Shown here piece after piece: positions 19,329 through 29,717 of a stretch of DNA of 64,000 nucleotides. Source of the DNA: Candidatus Methylomirabilis sp. (lineage in GTDB: Bacteria; Muiribacteriota; Ozemobacteria; Ozemobacterales; Ozemobacteraceae); the NCBI GenBank assembly GCA_020722725.1, contig DYKG01000011.1, forward strand, positions 1,756 through 65,755, given 5' to 3'. Both the position numbers and the translations under genes were made by a program. Every line of letters starts with the position of its first letter. The first letter of the stretch is position 1. The notes under the pieces are model-generated. The model was not told the DNA's origin and made no database searches. It saw nothing but the letters and a program-made list of their open reading frames with translations.

Positions 19329-19952
19329 TTAAGCCTGGTGCTTGATAACGACCAGACCATTGGAGGCACCGGGAACTGATCCCCGTACCAACAGAAGGTT
19401 TTTCTGTTCGTCTACTTTAACAACCTTCAGACCACGAGTAGTTCGTTTGACATTACCATACTGGCCAGGAAGTTTTTTGCCCTTCATGGTTCTAGACATA
19501 TTCGTACCTGAACCAGTGGAACCGGTAGCGCGGCTGTAGTCAGATGCACCATGTGTCATCGGCTGACCATTAAAATTGTGTCTTTCCATCGCTCCGGAGA
19601 AACCTTTACCCTTGCTGGTTCCGGTGACGCTGATAATGTCACCTTCTTTAAACATTGAAACATTGATTTCAGTATTTGGCTCAATGCCTTCAAGTTCGTC
19701 AGCGGGCAAGCTTCTTACAAAGCGGAACGGTTTAACACCGGCTTTTTCAAAACTCATGCGCAGCGGCTTGTTAAGCAGGCGCTTAACTGCTTCGGGCCTA
19801 ATTTCACGATAACCAACCTGAACGGCCTTATCGCTCTTGCGAATGATCACGCAAGGACCTGCGCTGATTACGGTTACAGGAACCACATTCCCTTCATCTG
19901 TAAAAATCTGGGTCATACCAACTTTGGTGCCCAATATTGCCTTAACGCCCAT
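19329..19952 (-). CDS. rplC: 50S ribosomal protein L3 (uL3)
   Basis: It contains ILGTKVGMTQIF and SKGKGFSGAMERHNFNGQPMTHG. Confidence 0.98.
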   Translation of the reverse strand: MGVKAILGTKVGMTQIFTDEGNVVPVTVISAGPCVIIRKSDKAVQVGYREIRPEAVKRLLNKPLRMSFEKAGVKPFRFVRSLPADELEGIEPNTEINVSMFKEGDIISVTGTSKGKGFSGAMERHNFNGQPMTHGASDYSRATGSTGSGTNMSRTMKGKKLPGQYGNVKRTTRGLKVVKVDEQKNLLLVRGSVPGASNGLVVIKHQA

Positions 19953-19981
19953 TATTTTCCTCCTTTTCCTTTCCAGTGTGG

Positions 19982-20293
19982 TTACAGCATCTTAATTTCG
20001 ATGTTTACACCGGAAGGAAGGTCCATATTCATAAGTGAATCAACAGTCTGACCTGACGGATTATAAAGATCGATGTTACGTTTGTGAATTCTCATTTCGA
20101 ACTGCTCGCGAGAGTCCTTGTTAACGAAAGGAGAACGAAGAACGGTGTATTTCCGGATTTCGGTCGGCATGGGGATCGGGCCGGAAATTTTGGTTCCAGT
20201 GCGTTTTACGGTATCACAAATTCGGGCAACTGATTGATCAAGAAGTCTATGATCAAATGCCTTCAGTGACAGCCGCATTTTCTGCTTTGCCAT
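19982..20293 (-). CDS. rpsJ: 30S ribosomal protein S10 (uS10)
   Basis: It contains [12 protein letters not shown] and [41 protein letters not shown]. Confidence 0.98.
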   Translation of the reverse strand: MAKQKMRLSLKAFDHRLLDQSVARICDTVKRTGTKISGPIPMPTEIRKYTVLRSPFVNKDSREQFEMRIHKRNIDLYNPSGQTVDSLMNMDLPSGVNIEIKML

Positions 20294-20335
20294 TTTAAAA
20301 TCTCCTTTTAAATTTCAATAAATCTGATGCCGTGA

Positions 20336-22462
20336 TTACTGATCGCCGGCAATCATCTGCTGTGGTGGCTGGCCATAACCAAACACACCAAGAATGCGCT
20401 CAACAACGCTTTTAGGAGCTTCATCATAATGAAGAAGTTCCATTGTGAAACTGGCACGCCCTTGAGACAACGATCTCAACTGGGTCGAATAACCAAACAT
20501 ATCGGAAAGTGGTGAGTGACACTCGACTATTCTAATGTCGTCGCGCATTTCCATGTTGATTACCTTGCCACGTCGAGAATTCATGTTACCGATGATGTCG
20601 CCCATGTATTGTTCAGGGGTTTCAATTTCGACCTTCATGAAAGGCTCAAGCAAAACCGGTTTAGCAGCTCTTAAAGCAACTTTCATTGCTTCATAGGAGG
20701 CAATTTTAAATGCAACGTCGCTGCTGTCGGTTTCACTGAAAGATCCACCGGTAACAACCACATCAACATCCACTACCGGGAAGCCAGCAAGAATACCATC
20801 ATTCATTGCATCCTGGCAACCTTTTTCAACCGAACTGACAAACTTTGCCGGAATATTTTCATCCCGGGCACGGTTTTCAAAACGAAAACCTTTGGCGCGT
20901 TCCAGCGGCTTAACTTCAAGAACCACGTGGGCAAACTGCGCTTTATTGCCAATCTGGCGTTCATAGCGGCTTTCACCTCTGGCACTGGAAGTAATGCCTT
21001 CCTTGTAAGCGACCTGGGGTTTTCCGACTGAAGCCTTAACTCCAAATTCACGGGTGATTCGATCGACGATTACATCAAGATGAAGCTCGCCCATACCGGA
21101 AATCAGGGTTTCACCAGTTTCAGAGTCAATTTTTGCCTTGAAAGTGGGGTCTTCGTCCATCAATGCTGTTAGCACTTCCGTCAACTTGGATAAATCTGCC
21201 TGAGTTTTTGGCTCAATGGCGACAGAAATAACAGTTTCAGGAAAGGTAATTTTTTCGAAAGTAACATATTCAGGGTCGACTGCCAGAGTTTCGCCGGTGG
21301 CGACATTTTTCATTCCAACCACAGCGACAATGTCACCTGCCTGCGCACTGGGAAGATCCTGGCGCTGGTTGGCATGCATCTGAAGCAATCTGCCGATTCG
21401 TTCTTTTCTACCTGCACGATTGATGTTGAAAACCACTTTTCCAGATTCAATACCGCCTGAATAAATTCTAAGATACACCAGTTTGCCGACATGGGGATCG
21501 GTTGCAACTTTAAAGGCCAGAGCAGCAAACGGAGCTTCAGGATCAGCCGGAATCTGAACTTCTTCGTGAGTATCGCGTTTATAACCAATCGCGGCAGGTA
21601 TGTCGAGCGGCGATGGCAAATAGGCCACGATAGCGTCGAGTAGATCCTGGACCCCTTTGTTTTTAAAGGCCGATCCACAGGTTATGGGAATAACCTGGTT
21701 TTTAACCGTTGCTTCTCGCAGAACTTTTCTTACCAGGGTTTCCTGAACTTCTTTGTCTTCTAACAAAATCTCCAGGAGCTCATCATTAAAAGTACTAAGA
21801 GTTTCAAGCATGTGCCCTCTTGCTTCTTTGGCCTTTTCAGCCAGTTCGGCCGGGATTTCACATTTTTTGAACTCGGAGCCGAGGGTTTTGTCTTCACCAA
21901 GAGCCCATATATGAGCTTGCATGGTGACCAGATCAACGTGACCGGCAAAACTATCTTCAGACCCGATTGGCATAACTATTGGCAGAGGTTTTGACTGCAG
22001 CCGCTCAGATATCTGAGTAACTACCCTGTCAAAATTTGCGCCAACGCGATCCATCTTGTTTACAAACGCAATTCTAGGCACGCGATATTTGTTGGCCTGT
22101 CTCCATACGGTTTCTGATTGGGGCTGTACACCTGCAACCGCACAAAAAACTACTACTGCTCCGTCAAGCACTCGCAATGAACGTTCAACTTCAGCAGTAA
22201 AATCCACGTGCCCGGGAGTGTCTATAATATTGATGTCGCAATCACCCCAGTGGCATTTTGTTGCTGCACTGGTTATGGTAATGCCGCGTTCCTGTTCCTG
22301 GATCATCCAGTCCATGACGGCGGTTCCTTCATGAACTTCACCCATTTTATAGGCTTTGCCGGTGTAATAGAGAATGCGCTCGGTGGTCGTGGTTTTACCA
22401 GCGTCTATGTGGGCCACGATACCGATGTTGCGTATTCTGCTGATTGTCTGACTGGCGTTCAT
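20336..22462 (-). CDS. fusA: translation elongation factor G
   Basis: It contains [34 protein letters not shown] and NKMD, and all five EF-G domains are present. It follows rpsG. Confidence 0.97.
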   Translation of the reverse strand: MNASQTISRIRNIGIVAHIDAGKTTTTERILYYTGKAYKMGEVHEGTAVMDWMIQEQERGITITSAATKCHWGDCDINIIDTPGHVDFTAEVERSLRVLDGAVVVFCAVAGVQPQSETVWRQANKYRVPRIAFVNKMDRVGANFDRVVTQISERLQSKPLPIVMPIGSEDSFAGHVDLVTMQAHIWALGEDKTLGSEFKKCEIPAELAEKAKEARGHMLETLSTFNDELLEILLEDKEVQETLVRKVLREATVKNQVIPITCGSAFKNKGVQDLLDAIVAYLPSPLDIPAAIGYKRDTHEEVQIPADPEAPFAALAFKVATDPHVGKLVYLRIYSGGIESGKVVFNINRAGRKERIGRLLQMHANQRQDLPSAQAGDIVAVVGMKNVATGETLAVDPEYVTFEKITFPETVISVAIEPKTQADLSKLTEVLTALMDEDPTFKAKIDSETGETLISGMGELHLDVIVDRITREFGVKASVGKPQVAYKEGITSSARGESRYERQIGNKAQFAHVVLEVKPLERAKGFRFENRARDENIPAKFVSSVEKGCQDAMNDGILAGFPVVDVDVVVTGGSFSETDSSDVAFKIASYEAMKVALRAAKPVLLEPFMKVEIETPEQYMGDIIGNMNSRRGKVINMEMRDDIRIVECHSPLSDMFGYSTQLRSLSQGRASFTMELLHYDEAPKSVVERILGVFGYGQPPQQMIAGDQ

Positions 22463-22511
22463 GAATTTACTCTGGTTAATACTTTAGTGAATCAATTATA
22501 CTGCTAGTTAA

Positions 22512-22985
22512 TCAAACCCGGAAGTGAGAGAAAGCCTTGTTGGCTTCGGCCATTCTATGAACTTCATCACGTTTTTTCATAGTTGCGCCGGAATTGCTGA
22601 GAATTTCATCGAATTCTGCAGACAGGCGGTCGGCCATTGACTTTTCTTTTCTATCTCTGGAAAACTTGAGAATCCAGCGGAAAGCAAGAGCAATAGCGCG
22701 GTCTGGTTTAACTTCGATCGGAACCTGGTAGTTTGCTCCACCGATTCTTTTGCTGCGAACTTCTACGATTGGCTTGGCGCTGTCAATAACCTTTTTGAAC
22801 ATCTCAAGCGGGTTATCTTCTTTGCGCTTCTTGGCGAGTTTTTCAATCGCATCATAGAAAATGCGGCTGCCAATGCTTCTTTTTCCATCATACATCAGGT
22901 TGTTGATGAATCTGGTAACAAGCTTGGAATTGTAAACAGAATCAGGAGTCAATTCTCTTCTAGATACGTGACCACGTCGTGGCAT
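22512..22985 (-). CDS. rpsG: 30S ribosomal protein S7 (uS7)
   Basis: It contains MPRRGHVSRRELTPDSVYNSKLVTRFINNLMYDGKRS. Confidence 0.98.
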   Translation of the reverse strand: MPRRGHVSRRELTPDSVYNSKLVTRFINNLMYDGKRSIGSRIFYDAIEKLAKKRKEDNPLEMFKKVIDSAKPIVEVRSKRIGGANYQVPIEVKPDRAIALAFRWILKFSRDRKEKSMADRLSAEFDEILSNSGATMKKRDEVHRMAEANKAFSHFRV

Positions 22986-22998
22986 GAATCAATTCTCC

Positions 22999-23373
22999 TT
23001 ATTTCTTGGGCCGTTTGGCACCGTATTTGGAGCGAGCCTGCATGCGATTGGCAACGCCAGCGCAATCAAGGGCTCCGCGGATAATGTGGTAACGAACGCC
23101 GGGAAGATCTTTCACACGGCCACCGCGAATAAGAACAACAGAGTGTTCCTGCAGGTTGTGACCGATACCCGGAATGTACGCCGTTACCTCAATCTTGTTA
23201 GTTAGCCTGACGCGTGCGATTTTTCGAAGAGCCGAGTTCGGCTTCTTCGGAGTTGTAGTCTTAACTACAGTACAAACACCACGGCGCTGAGGGCAGTCGT
23301 CGAGAGCCGGTGAGTTAGATTTGTAATTAACCGCCTGTCTGGCCTTGCGAATGAGTTGGTTAATAGTAGGCAC
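22999..23373 (-). CDS. rpsL: 30S ribosomal protein S12 (uS12)
   Basis: It contains [16 protein letters not shown] and [11 protein letters not shown] chose the GTG at 23373, which has AGGAAGG 8 nt upstream. The TTG at 23409 in the ORF track would add 12 non-conserved residues. Confidence 0.95.
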   Translation of the reverse strand: MPTINQLIRKARQAVNYKSNSPALDDCPQRRGVCTVVKTTTPKKPNSALRKIARVRLTNKIEVTAYIPGIGHNLQEHSVVLIRGGRVKDLPGVRYHIIRGALDCAGVANRMQARSKYGAKRPKK

Positions 23374-23422
23374 AGCTGACACCTTCCTGATAAAGCTCAG
23401 TTCCGCCAATACTGCAGAACTG

Positions 23423-23444
23423 CCACCTCAAAGCAGTGAGGTGG
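23423..23444 (-). promoter_or_regulatory. 5'-terminal stem-loop of the predicted rpsL transcript
   Basis: On the minus strand, CCACCTCA-CTGCTT-TGAGGTGG forms an 8-bp stem with a 6-nt loop. It starts about 1-2 nt after the transcription start site (TSS) predicted from the -10 box. Confidence 0.35.
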
Positions 23445-23451
23445 AATATTG

Positions 23452-23480
23452 ATATTAGCATATGTTCAAAGCCCTGTCAA
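23452..23480 (-). promoter_or_regulatory. sigma-70 type promoter of the rpsL-led superoperon
   Basis: On the minus strand it reads TTGACA, a 17-nt spacer (gggctttgaacatatgc), then TAATAT. It lies between the rpoC terminator and rpsL. Confidence 0.7.
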
Positions 23481-23540
23481 CGTACTTTGCTGCCAAAATC
23501 TTGAGAAAGCTAGCTGTTTGCCAGAAAAAAATTTTCCCCT

Positions 23541-23573
23541 AAAAAAGACCACCCTGCGTGGCAGAGTGGTCTT
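23541..23573 (-). terminator. rho-independent terminator after rpoC
   Basis: On the minus strand, AAGACCAC...GTGGTCTT forms an 8-bp stem, extended by an inner CTGC/GCAG pairing. A T-run follows. It lies 20 nt after the rpoC stop. Confidence 0.7.
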
Positions 23574-23592
23574 AGAATTAAAGGTCAGAATT

Positions 23593-26500
23593 TTATTCTT
23601 CGTCCTGGTCCGTGCTTTCGCTATTTTTCATGAAGAGTTCGTCTTCCATGGCGTCAAGGTTATCTCTGTCGGTTGAATCCACGCCAATGTAAAGCTCTTC
23701 CTGATTAGCTTCAGCAGCTTCAATTTCAGCGGGAAGGTTATTGAAAGTGATATCTCTCATGATAGAAATACCAGTTCCGGCTGGAATCAATTTACCGATA
23801 ATCAGGTTTTCTTTCAAACCTTTGAGGTAGTCAACTTTAGACTTGATTGCAGCTTTAGTTAGAACACGGGTAGTTTCCTGGAATGATGCGGCAGAAATGA
23901 AGCTGTCGGTGGTCAATGAAGCCTTGGTAATACCCTGAATCATTGGCACGCCCACCGGTGGGCGCTTGCCCTTTTCTACCAGCTTGTTTACTTTTTCTTC
24001 AAAGCGGCGAACATGTACCGATTCATTCTGCAGGAATTCTGAATCACCCGATTCGTTGATGACAACTTTTCTGAGCATCTGGCGAACGATGATTTCGATA
24101 TGCTTGTCGTTGATGCTTACGCCCTGGTCGCGATAAACCCTCTGGATTTCATCCATCAGATAGCGGCGCACAAATGGCAGACCAACAACTTTTACCAGCT
24201 TTTTCGGAAAAACTTTTCCGTCGGTGAGGATATCACCGGATTCAACGTATTCTCCGTCATGAACAACCAACCCGGTGCCTCCGAATTGAACACGAACCGG
24301 TTTTTCTACGCCAGAATTCAAGTCTCTGATTGAAACAGAGCTTCCTGAGATATGGATAATGCCGGAATCTTCAGCAAGAACCGCTTCTTTTTTCGGACGT
24401 CTGACTTCAAACAATTCAGCGACGCGCGGCAGACCCTGAATGATGTCAGTGGTTTTTCTGGCTGAAGCGCCCCACTTGGCAAGAATCTCACCCTTCTTAA
24501 CTTTGGCACCATCTTCAACCCTGAGCTCTGCGCCATCAAGAACCTGATGCGATTCACCTGGCTGAACAATAATGCTTTTAATCGTGCTCTTAAGTTTGCC
24601 TTCTTTTGAGAATTCATGTTCAAGAAGAACGACACCCTTGTTTTCAGCCTTAAGAACTGCAAGAACCTGATTTTCGCGAACATGCGCACCGTCTTGAACG
24701 GTCAGAGCAGCCGAGTTAACCATTTCTTTGGTAATAGCATATTTCTTTTCCTTGACAACCTTCTGGCAAATCTTAATTCCGATAGACCCGTCTGAATCTT
24801 CTACCTGAGAATAAGTTTCGAAAGGAATCGGGGTAATCGTAAGTTCGCCATCTTTTACTACGGTTGGCGGGAATTTCAAGCTGAGAGTAGCGGGATAGCT
24901 GAATTCAACACCGCTGTAAACCAGGATTTTTTCGATGATTTCTTCACAAATGATCTTATTGTATCCGTAAATATAGTTAACCTTACCGGCAATTTCCGAT
25001 ACCATTGGCTCAATATCGGTTACAAGCTTATCGCCTGCTTTTACAACCTGACCATCATTAACAGCAATATTGGCACCTGAAGGAACCGGATACTGGACTT
25101 TCATGTCGTCTTCGCCAATGATGTTAACAGCTTCTTGTTCACCTTTAACAATATAGACTTCTCTTATTGATCCAAGGTTTTCTTCAATAACCGCAAACAG
25201 ATTGTCGTCAATCTCAGTACCACTGTCAGCGATTATTTCGTCAGTTTCTTTATTAATTGCTGCACGAGCCAAGGTGGCATTGCGCAACAGTTCAATATCG
25301 TCGGTAATCAGATGAATTCTGATTTCAGACTTGATTCGGGTAATTTCGACTACGCCGTCGATCTCTGCCTGAATTACCAGTTTTGTGGTCAGGTCGCCGT
25401 TTTCGGCAACATTTGCGCCGTTGGCAATCTTGCAGTTTTCTTTCGGTCTGAGAATAACGCCACGCGGTACCAGATATTCGATTTCGTTCTTAACGATAAC
25501 GCGTTTGCGATCAAGAGTTTTGTTAGCTGCAGACTTTTCATTGATTACTCTTACGACCCCTGAAATGGGGGCGATCAACGACAGGTTTTTATTCTGTTCG
25601 TCAATGGCAGCGGCCATTTCACCCTTGAATTCATATTCTTCTTCGACTTCTTTGGTAACCGAGATTTTTGTTCCGCCTGCAGTCAGAGAAACGGTTCCCT
25701 CCATTTCAGAGACAATTGAAAGCATTTTCTGACCTGGATAAACTTCGTCGCCGTTTTTAACGTTCAGAAGGATGCCGGCAATTTTTCCAGCAGCTTCTTT
25801 AGCTTCTTTAACGCTCTTGGGAAGAGAATATTCCTTGCGTTCACCCTTCTTTTCATCAAGAGGGAAAACGAAGATCATACCGTTATCACTGATAACTTGT
25901 TTATTTTTGATGCGAACGTTTTCGAATTTGACGATACCATCGGTTCTGGCGATGGCGGCATGTGATTCTGCGGAAATTTCAGCAAGAATATTACCGGCGT
26001 GGATAATTTCGTTGTCTTCCACCTTGAGAGTAGCACCTTGAGGGATCTTATAATCTTCAATAATGAAGTCTTTGGTAACCGGGTCGAAATCCTGAGTAAG
26101 AATCCTGATGATGCCATTTTCAGAAACCACCATACCGTCTTTCTGTTCGATACCATCGAAAATTACTTCGCCGGTGTAACCTGTTACCACGTTATTGGGA
26201 TTGTATTCGGCAAGAGCTTTGCCTGGAGTGACTTTTTCGCCAGGTTCGATTCTCATTTCTGAACCGATTGGAATGTGAAGTCTGTCTTTTCTTCCGCCCT
26301 TACCTTCAACCTGGAGATAGCCGCCAACAACAACAGTCTTGATGTTGCTGCCGAATTCGCTCTTATCAAAGGTTTCAGTTCCTGAGCCAATTTCAAACTT
26401 GGCACGGTCGGAAACCTTGGCAAGACGAAGGTTATCAAACCGGGCAATACCGGCACTGCGGGCCTTGATATAAGAACGCTGAGCCAACGCAACGCCACCA

Positions 26501-29500
26501 AGGTGGAAAGTTCTCATGGTCAACTGTGTTCCGGGTTCACCGATCGACTGGGCGGCAATAATGCCGACAGCTTCACCGATATCGACAACCTTGCCGGTAG
26601 CAAGGTCGGCCCCGTAACACATCTGGCAGATACCGACTTTTGACCGGCATGTCAGCGGCGATCGCATAATAATGCGACTTCTAATTTTTGCTTCCGGGAA
26701 GTTTGCTTCGGCCATGCGTTCAAGAACATATTCGTTCAGAGGCCTGTCAGGTCTAAGGATAATGCGGTTAGTCTTCGGATCGATAATCTGTTCAGCACAG
26801 ATCATGCCAGGTTTAAGCTCTTCTATTGCAACCTGAAATTCGCAGTTTGATTCAATTTCGCCGGCAATTTCATCGGTGCAATACAAGCCGCCGTCAAGTT
26901 TGATACTTTCATCGCCAACCTTTATTGTCAATACTTTACCAGTGACCGGATGAACAATAGGTTTTGCAAGAACACGACCGGCAATACGGTAGCGGATTGG
27001 AACCACGATATCATCGATCATAATATTGTTGGACGATCGATTTTGTCGGATCGGTGATACTTCAACGCCGAGTTCAGTACCGCAGTTTTCCATGGTTATA
27101 ACGACATCTTGAGCAACATCGACGAGACGTCTGGTAAGGTATCCAGAGTCGGCGGTGCGCAGTGCGGTGTCAACCAGACCCTTTCTGGCACCGTACGTTG
27201 AAATGAAGTATTCGGATTGATTCAGACCTTCACGGAAATTGGATTTAATCGGGAAAGCCAGAATGTCACCACGCGGATTCGACATCAGACCACGCATTGC
27301 GGCCAACTGTCTGATCTGCTGCATATTACCTCGCGCTCCAGAGAATGCCATCATATAAACGGGATTGAATTCTCCAAGGTGAGCAGTAGATTCGAATTCC
27401 TGTAGCAGGTCATCGGTAACGTCTTCGGTTGCTTTGGTCCAGACGTTAACTTCACCCTGTTTGCGTTCATCACGTGAAATTTCACCTTTTTCCCAGCGCT
27501 CTCTGATTTTAAATACCTTGCGGTCAGCCTGTTCAAGAATTTCTCTTTTCTTGGGCGGATCGATCATGTCAACGATGGAAATTGTAAGACCAGAACAGGT
27601 AGCAAATTTAAATCCAAGGTTTTTCAGCTTGTCAAGAGTTTCGCCGACAATTGTCAGAGAGTATATATCAAACAAACGCCTGATTAAGCTTGCAACATTT
27701 CCTTTTTTAACTTGAAGATTTTGGAATGGGAAGTCTTCGGGAAGATTATCATTGAAGATAACTCGGCCGATCGTAGTTCTGATATAGCGATCTCGAACAT
27801 TCTGAGGCTTCTCGATCTTTTTAATTTCAGTTGTAACGGTCTCTTTCTGTAGATAAATAGGCCACTGGAGATTGAAATGATTTGTTTCATAAGCATTGCG
27901 GGCTTCTTCAATGCTGTGGAAGACCGGTGGACGATAAACAATAATGGTGTTAACCTTTTCCTTATTCAACAAATCCACTGTTTCGGCTGAATCAAAGACA
28001 GTACCGGCAGGCAGTTTTTCACTGACTTCATCGGCAAGCTTGAAATTGAACGGCCGGCCTTCGTGAAGAAGGAGTTGATCCCAGGTTACACCATTGGAAA
28101 GTTTGAGTTCGGTAACCGGGAAACCATCGCCCTCAGGCTTTTCAACTGTCAAATAGAACAGACCGATGGTCATATCCTGTGATGGTGCGCTGATCGGATT
28201 TCCATCTGCCGGCTTAAGGATGTTGTTGCTTGAGAGCATAAGCATGCGGGCTTCGATTTGAGCATCCAACATAAGTGGAACATGGACAGCCATCTGGTCA
28301 CCGTCGAAGTCGGCGTTGTAAGCAGAACATACGAGCGGATGGATTTGAATAGCCTTGCCTTCAATCAAAACAGGCTCAAACGCTTGAATACCAAGGCGAT
28401 GCAGGGTTGGTGCTCGGTTGAGCAGAATCGGATGATGCTTGATTACTTCTTCGAGTACATCCCAGACGTCATCCTTTTCCCTTTCGATCATTTTCTTTGC
28501 ACTCTTGATATTGGGTGCAATACCCTTGGACTGAAGCCGATGCATGACAAAAGGTTTGAACAGTTCCAAAGCCATTTTCTTGGGCAAGCCGGCCTGATGC
28601 AGCTTAAGAGTCGGGCCGACAACGATAACCGAACGGCCGGAGTAATCAACACGTTTTCCCAGAAGGTTCTGCCTGAAACGCCCCTGTTTGCCCTTAAGCA
28701 TGTCGGTAAGCGATTTCAGCGGTCTATTGTTGGGACCAGTAACCAGTTTACCGCGACGACCATTATCGATCAGCGCGTTTACGGCTTCCTGGAGCATGCG
28801 CTTTTCATTTTTGATAATAATATCGGGAGCCTGAAGTTTAATCAAACGTTTTAAACGATTATTTCTATTGATAACTCTGCGGTAAAGATCATTCAGATCT
28901 GAGGTTGCAAAGCGGCCACCGTCGAGCTGTACCATTGGGCGAAGATCAGGGGGAATTACCGGAATGACATCGAGAATCATCCATTCTGGTCTACTGATAG
29001 AGCGGGCAAACATTTTTACCAGTTCCATGCGCTTGAGCAGATGGGTGCGTTTTGTTCCGGTGGCGGTTTTTAGCTGTTCAGTCAATTCTTTTTCGAGCTT
29101 GACCAGATCAATTTCTGCCAGAAGCTCTTTAATGGCTTCTGCGCCCATTTTTGCGGTAAACATGTCACCGTATTTTTCACGAAGTTCACGATAGCCCATT
29201 TCTCCGGCTGAGCCTTCTTCGGGAAGCAGCTGTTTTTTGGAGAGAGGAAGGTTCCCGGGGTCGATAACGATATAGCTTTGGAAATAAAGGACTTTTTCAA
29301 GATCTCTGGCCGAAATATCCAGCAGCAATGCGATGTAGTTCGGGCTGCCTTTTGAGTACCAGATGTGACCAACCGGAGTCACGAGCTGAATATGCCCCAT
29401 ACGTTCACGGCGAACTGCTGCTTTGGTAATTTCTACGTTGCAGCGTTCACAAATAATTCCACGATATCTGATACTTTTATATTTACCGCAGAAACATTCC

Positions 29501-29673
29501 CAGTCTTTCTGAGGTCCAAAAATTCTTTCGCAGAAAAGGCCATCGCGTTCAGGTTTGTGAGTACGATAGTTAATGGTTTCGGGCTTTTTTACTTCACCGT
29601 ATGACCATGACCTGATCTTCTCAGGAGAAGCGATGCTGATTTGAATCGCATCAAATTTGTCCATATCTAACAT
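23593..29673 (-). CDS. rpoC: DNA-directed RNA polymerase subunit beta-prime, 2026 aa (greatly expanded)
   Basis: The zinc finger is [18 protein letters not shown]...CERCNV and the catalytic motif is [12 protein letters not shown]. The bridge helix and trigger-loop helices ([16 protein letters not shown] and [14 protein letters not shown]) are present but separated by ~680 aa. Confidence 0.97.
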   Translation of the reverse strand: MLDMDKFDAIQISIASPEKIRSWSYGEVKKPETINYRTHKPERDGLFCERIFGPQKDWECFCGKYKSIRYRGIICERCNVEITKAAVRRERMGHIQLVTPVGHIWYSKGSPNYIALLLDISARDLEKVLYFQSYIVIDPGNLPLSKKQLLPEEGSAGEMGYRELREKYGDMFTAKMGAEAIKELLAEIDLVKLEKELTEQLKTATGTKRTHLLKRMELVKMFARSISRPEWMILDVIPVIPPDLRPMVQLDGGRFATSDLNDLYRRVINRNNRLKRLIKLQAPDIIIKNEKRMLQEAVNALIDNGRRGKLVTGPNNRPLKSLTDMLKGKQGRFRQNLLGKRVDYSGRSVIVVGPTLKLHQAGLPKKMALELFKPFVMHRLQSKGIAPNIKSAKKMIEREKDDVWDVLEEVIKHHPILLNRAPTLHRLGIQAFEPVLIEGKAIQIHPLVCSAYNADFDGDQMAVHVPLMLDAQIEARMLMLSSNNILKPADGNPISAPSQDMTIGLFYLTVEKPEGDGFPVTELKLSNGVTWDQLLLHEGRPFNFKLADEVSEKLPAGTVFDSAETVDLLNKEKVNTIIVYRPPVFHSIEEARNAYETNHFNLQWPIYLQKETVTTEIKKIEKPQNVRDRYIRTTIGRVIFNDNLPEDFPFQNLQVKKGNVASLIRRLFDIYSLTIVGETLDKLKNLGFKFATCSGLTISIVDMIDPPKKREILEQADRKVFKIRERWEKGEISRDERKQGEVNVWTKATEDVTDDLLQEFESTAHLGEFNPVYMMAFSGARGNMQQIRQLAAMRGLMSNPRGDILAFPIKSNFREGLNQSEYFISTYGARKGLVDTALRTADSGYLTRRLVDVAQDVVITMENCGTELGVEVSPIRQNRSSNNIMIDDIVVPIRYRIAGRVLAKPIVHPVTGKVLTIKVGDESIKLDGGLYCTDEIAGEIESNCEFQVAIEELKPGMICAEQIIDPKTNRIILRPDRPLNEYVLERMAEANFPEAKIRSRIIMRSPLTCRSKVGICQMCYGADLATGKVVDIGEAVGIIAAQSIGEPGTQLTMRTFHLGGVALAQRSYIKARSAGIARFDNLRLAKVSDRAKFEIGSGTETFDKSEFGSNIKTVVVGGYLQVEGKGGRKDRLHIPIGSEMRIEPGEKVTPGKALAEYNPNNVVTGYTGEVIFDGIEQKDGMVVSENGIIRILTQDFDPVTKDFIIEDYKIPQGATLKVEDNEIIHAGNILAEISAESHAAIARTDGIVKFENVRIKNKQVISDNGMIFVFPLDEKKGERKEYSLPKSVKEAKEAAGKIAGILLNVKNGDEVYPGQKMLSIVSEMEGTVSLTAGGTKISVTKEVEEEYEFKGEMAAAIDEQNKNLSLIAPISGVVRVINEKSAANKTLDRKRVIVKNEIEYLVPRGVILRPKENCKIANGANVAENGDLTTKLVIQAEIDGVVEITRIKSEIRIHLITDDIELLRNATLARAAINKETDEIIADSGTEIDDNLFAVIEENLGSIREVYIVKGEQEAVNIIGEDDMKVQYPVPSGANIAVNDGQVVKAGDKLVTDIEPMVSEIAGKVNYIYGYNKIICEEIIEKILVYSGVEFSYPATLSLKFPPTVVKDGELTITPIPFETYSQVEDSDGSIGIKICQKVVKEKKYAITKEMVNSAALTVQDGAHVRENQVLAVLKAENKGVVLLEHEFSKEGKLKSTIKSIIVQPGESHQVLDGAELRVEDGAKVKKGEILAKWGASARKTTDIIQGLPRVAELFEVRRPKKEAVLAEDSGIIHISGSSVSIRDLNSGVEKPVRVQFGGTGLVVHDGEYVESGDILTDGKVFPKKLVKVVGLPFVRRYLMDEIQRVYRDQGVSINDKHIEIIVRQMLRKVVINESGDSEFLQNESVHVRRFEEKVNKLVEKGKRPPVGVPMIQGITKASLTTDSFISAASFQETTRVLTKAAIKSKVDYLKGLKENLIIGKLIPAGTGISIMRDITFNNLPAEIEAAEANQEELYIGVDSTDRDNLDAMEDELFMKNSESTDQDEE

Positions 29674-29717
29674 ATTTATTAATGCTCCTTCCTTATTCGC
29701 TTATACCGAATATGGCC

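Noticed and set aside
23374-23409. A 12-codon N-terminal extension of rpsL from a TTG start, as given in the ORF track.
   Set aside because: The conserved S12 N-terminus (PTINQLIRK) begins at the GTG at 23373, which has an ideal AGGAAGG SD. That SD lies inside the proposed extension.
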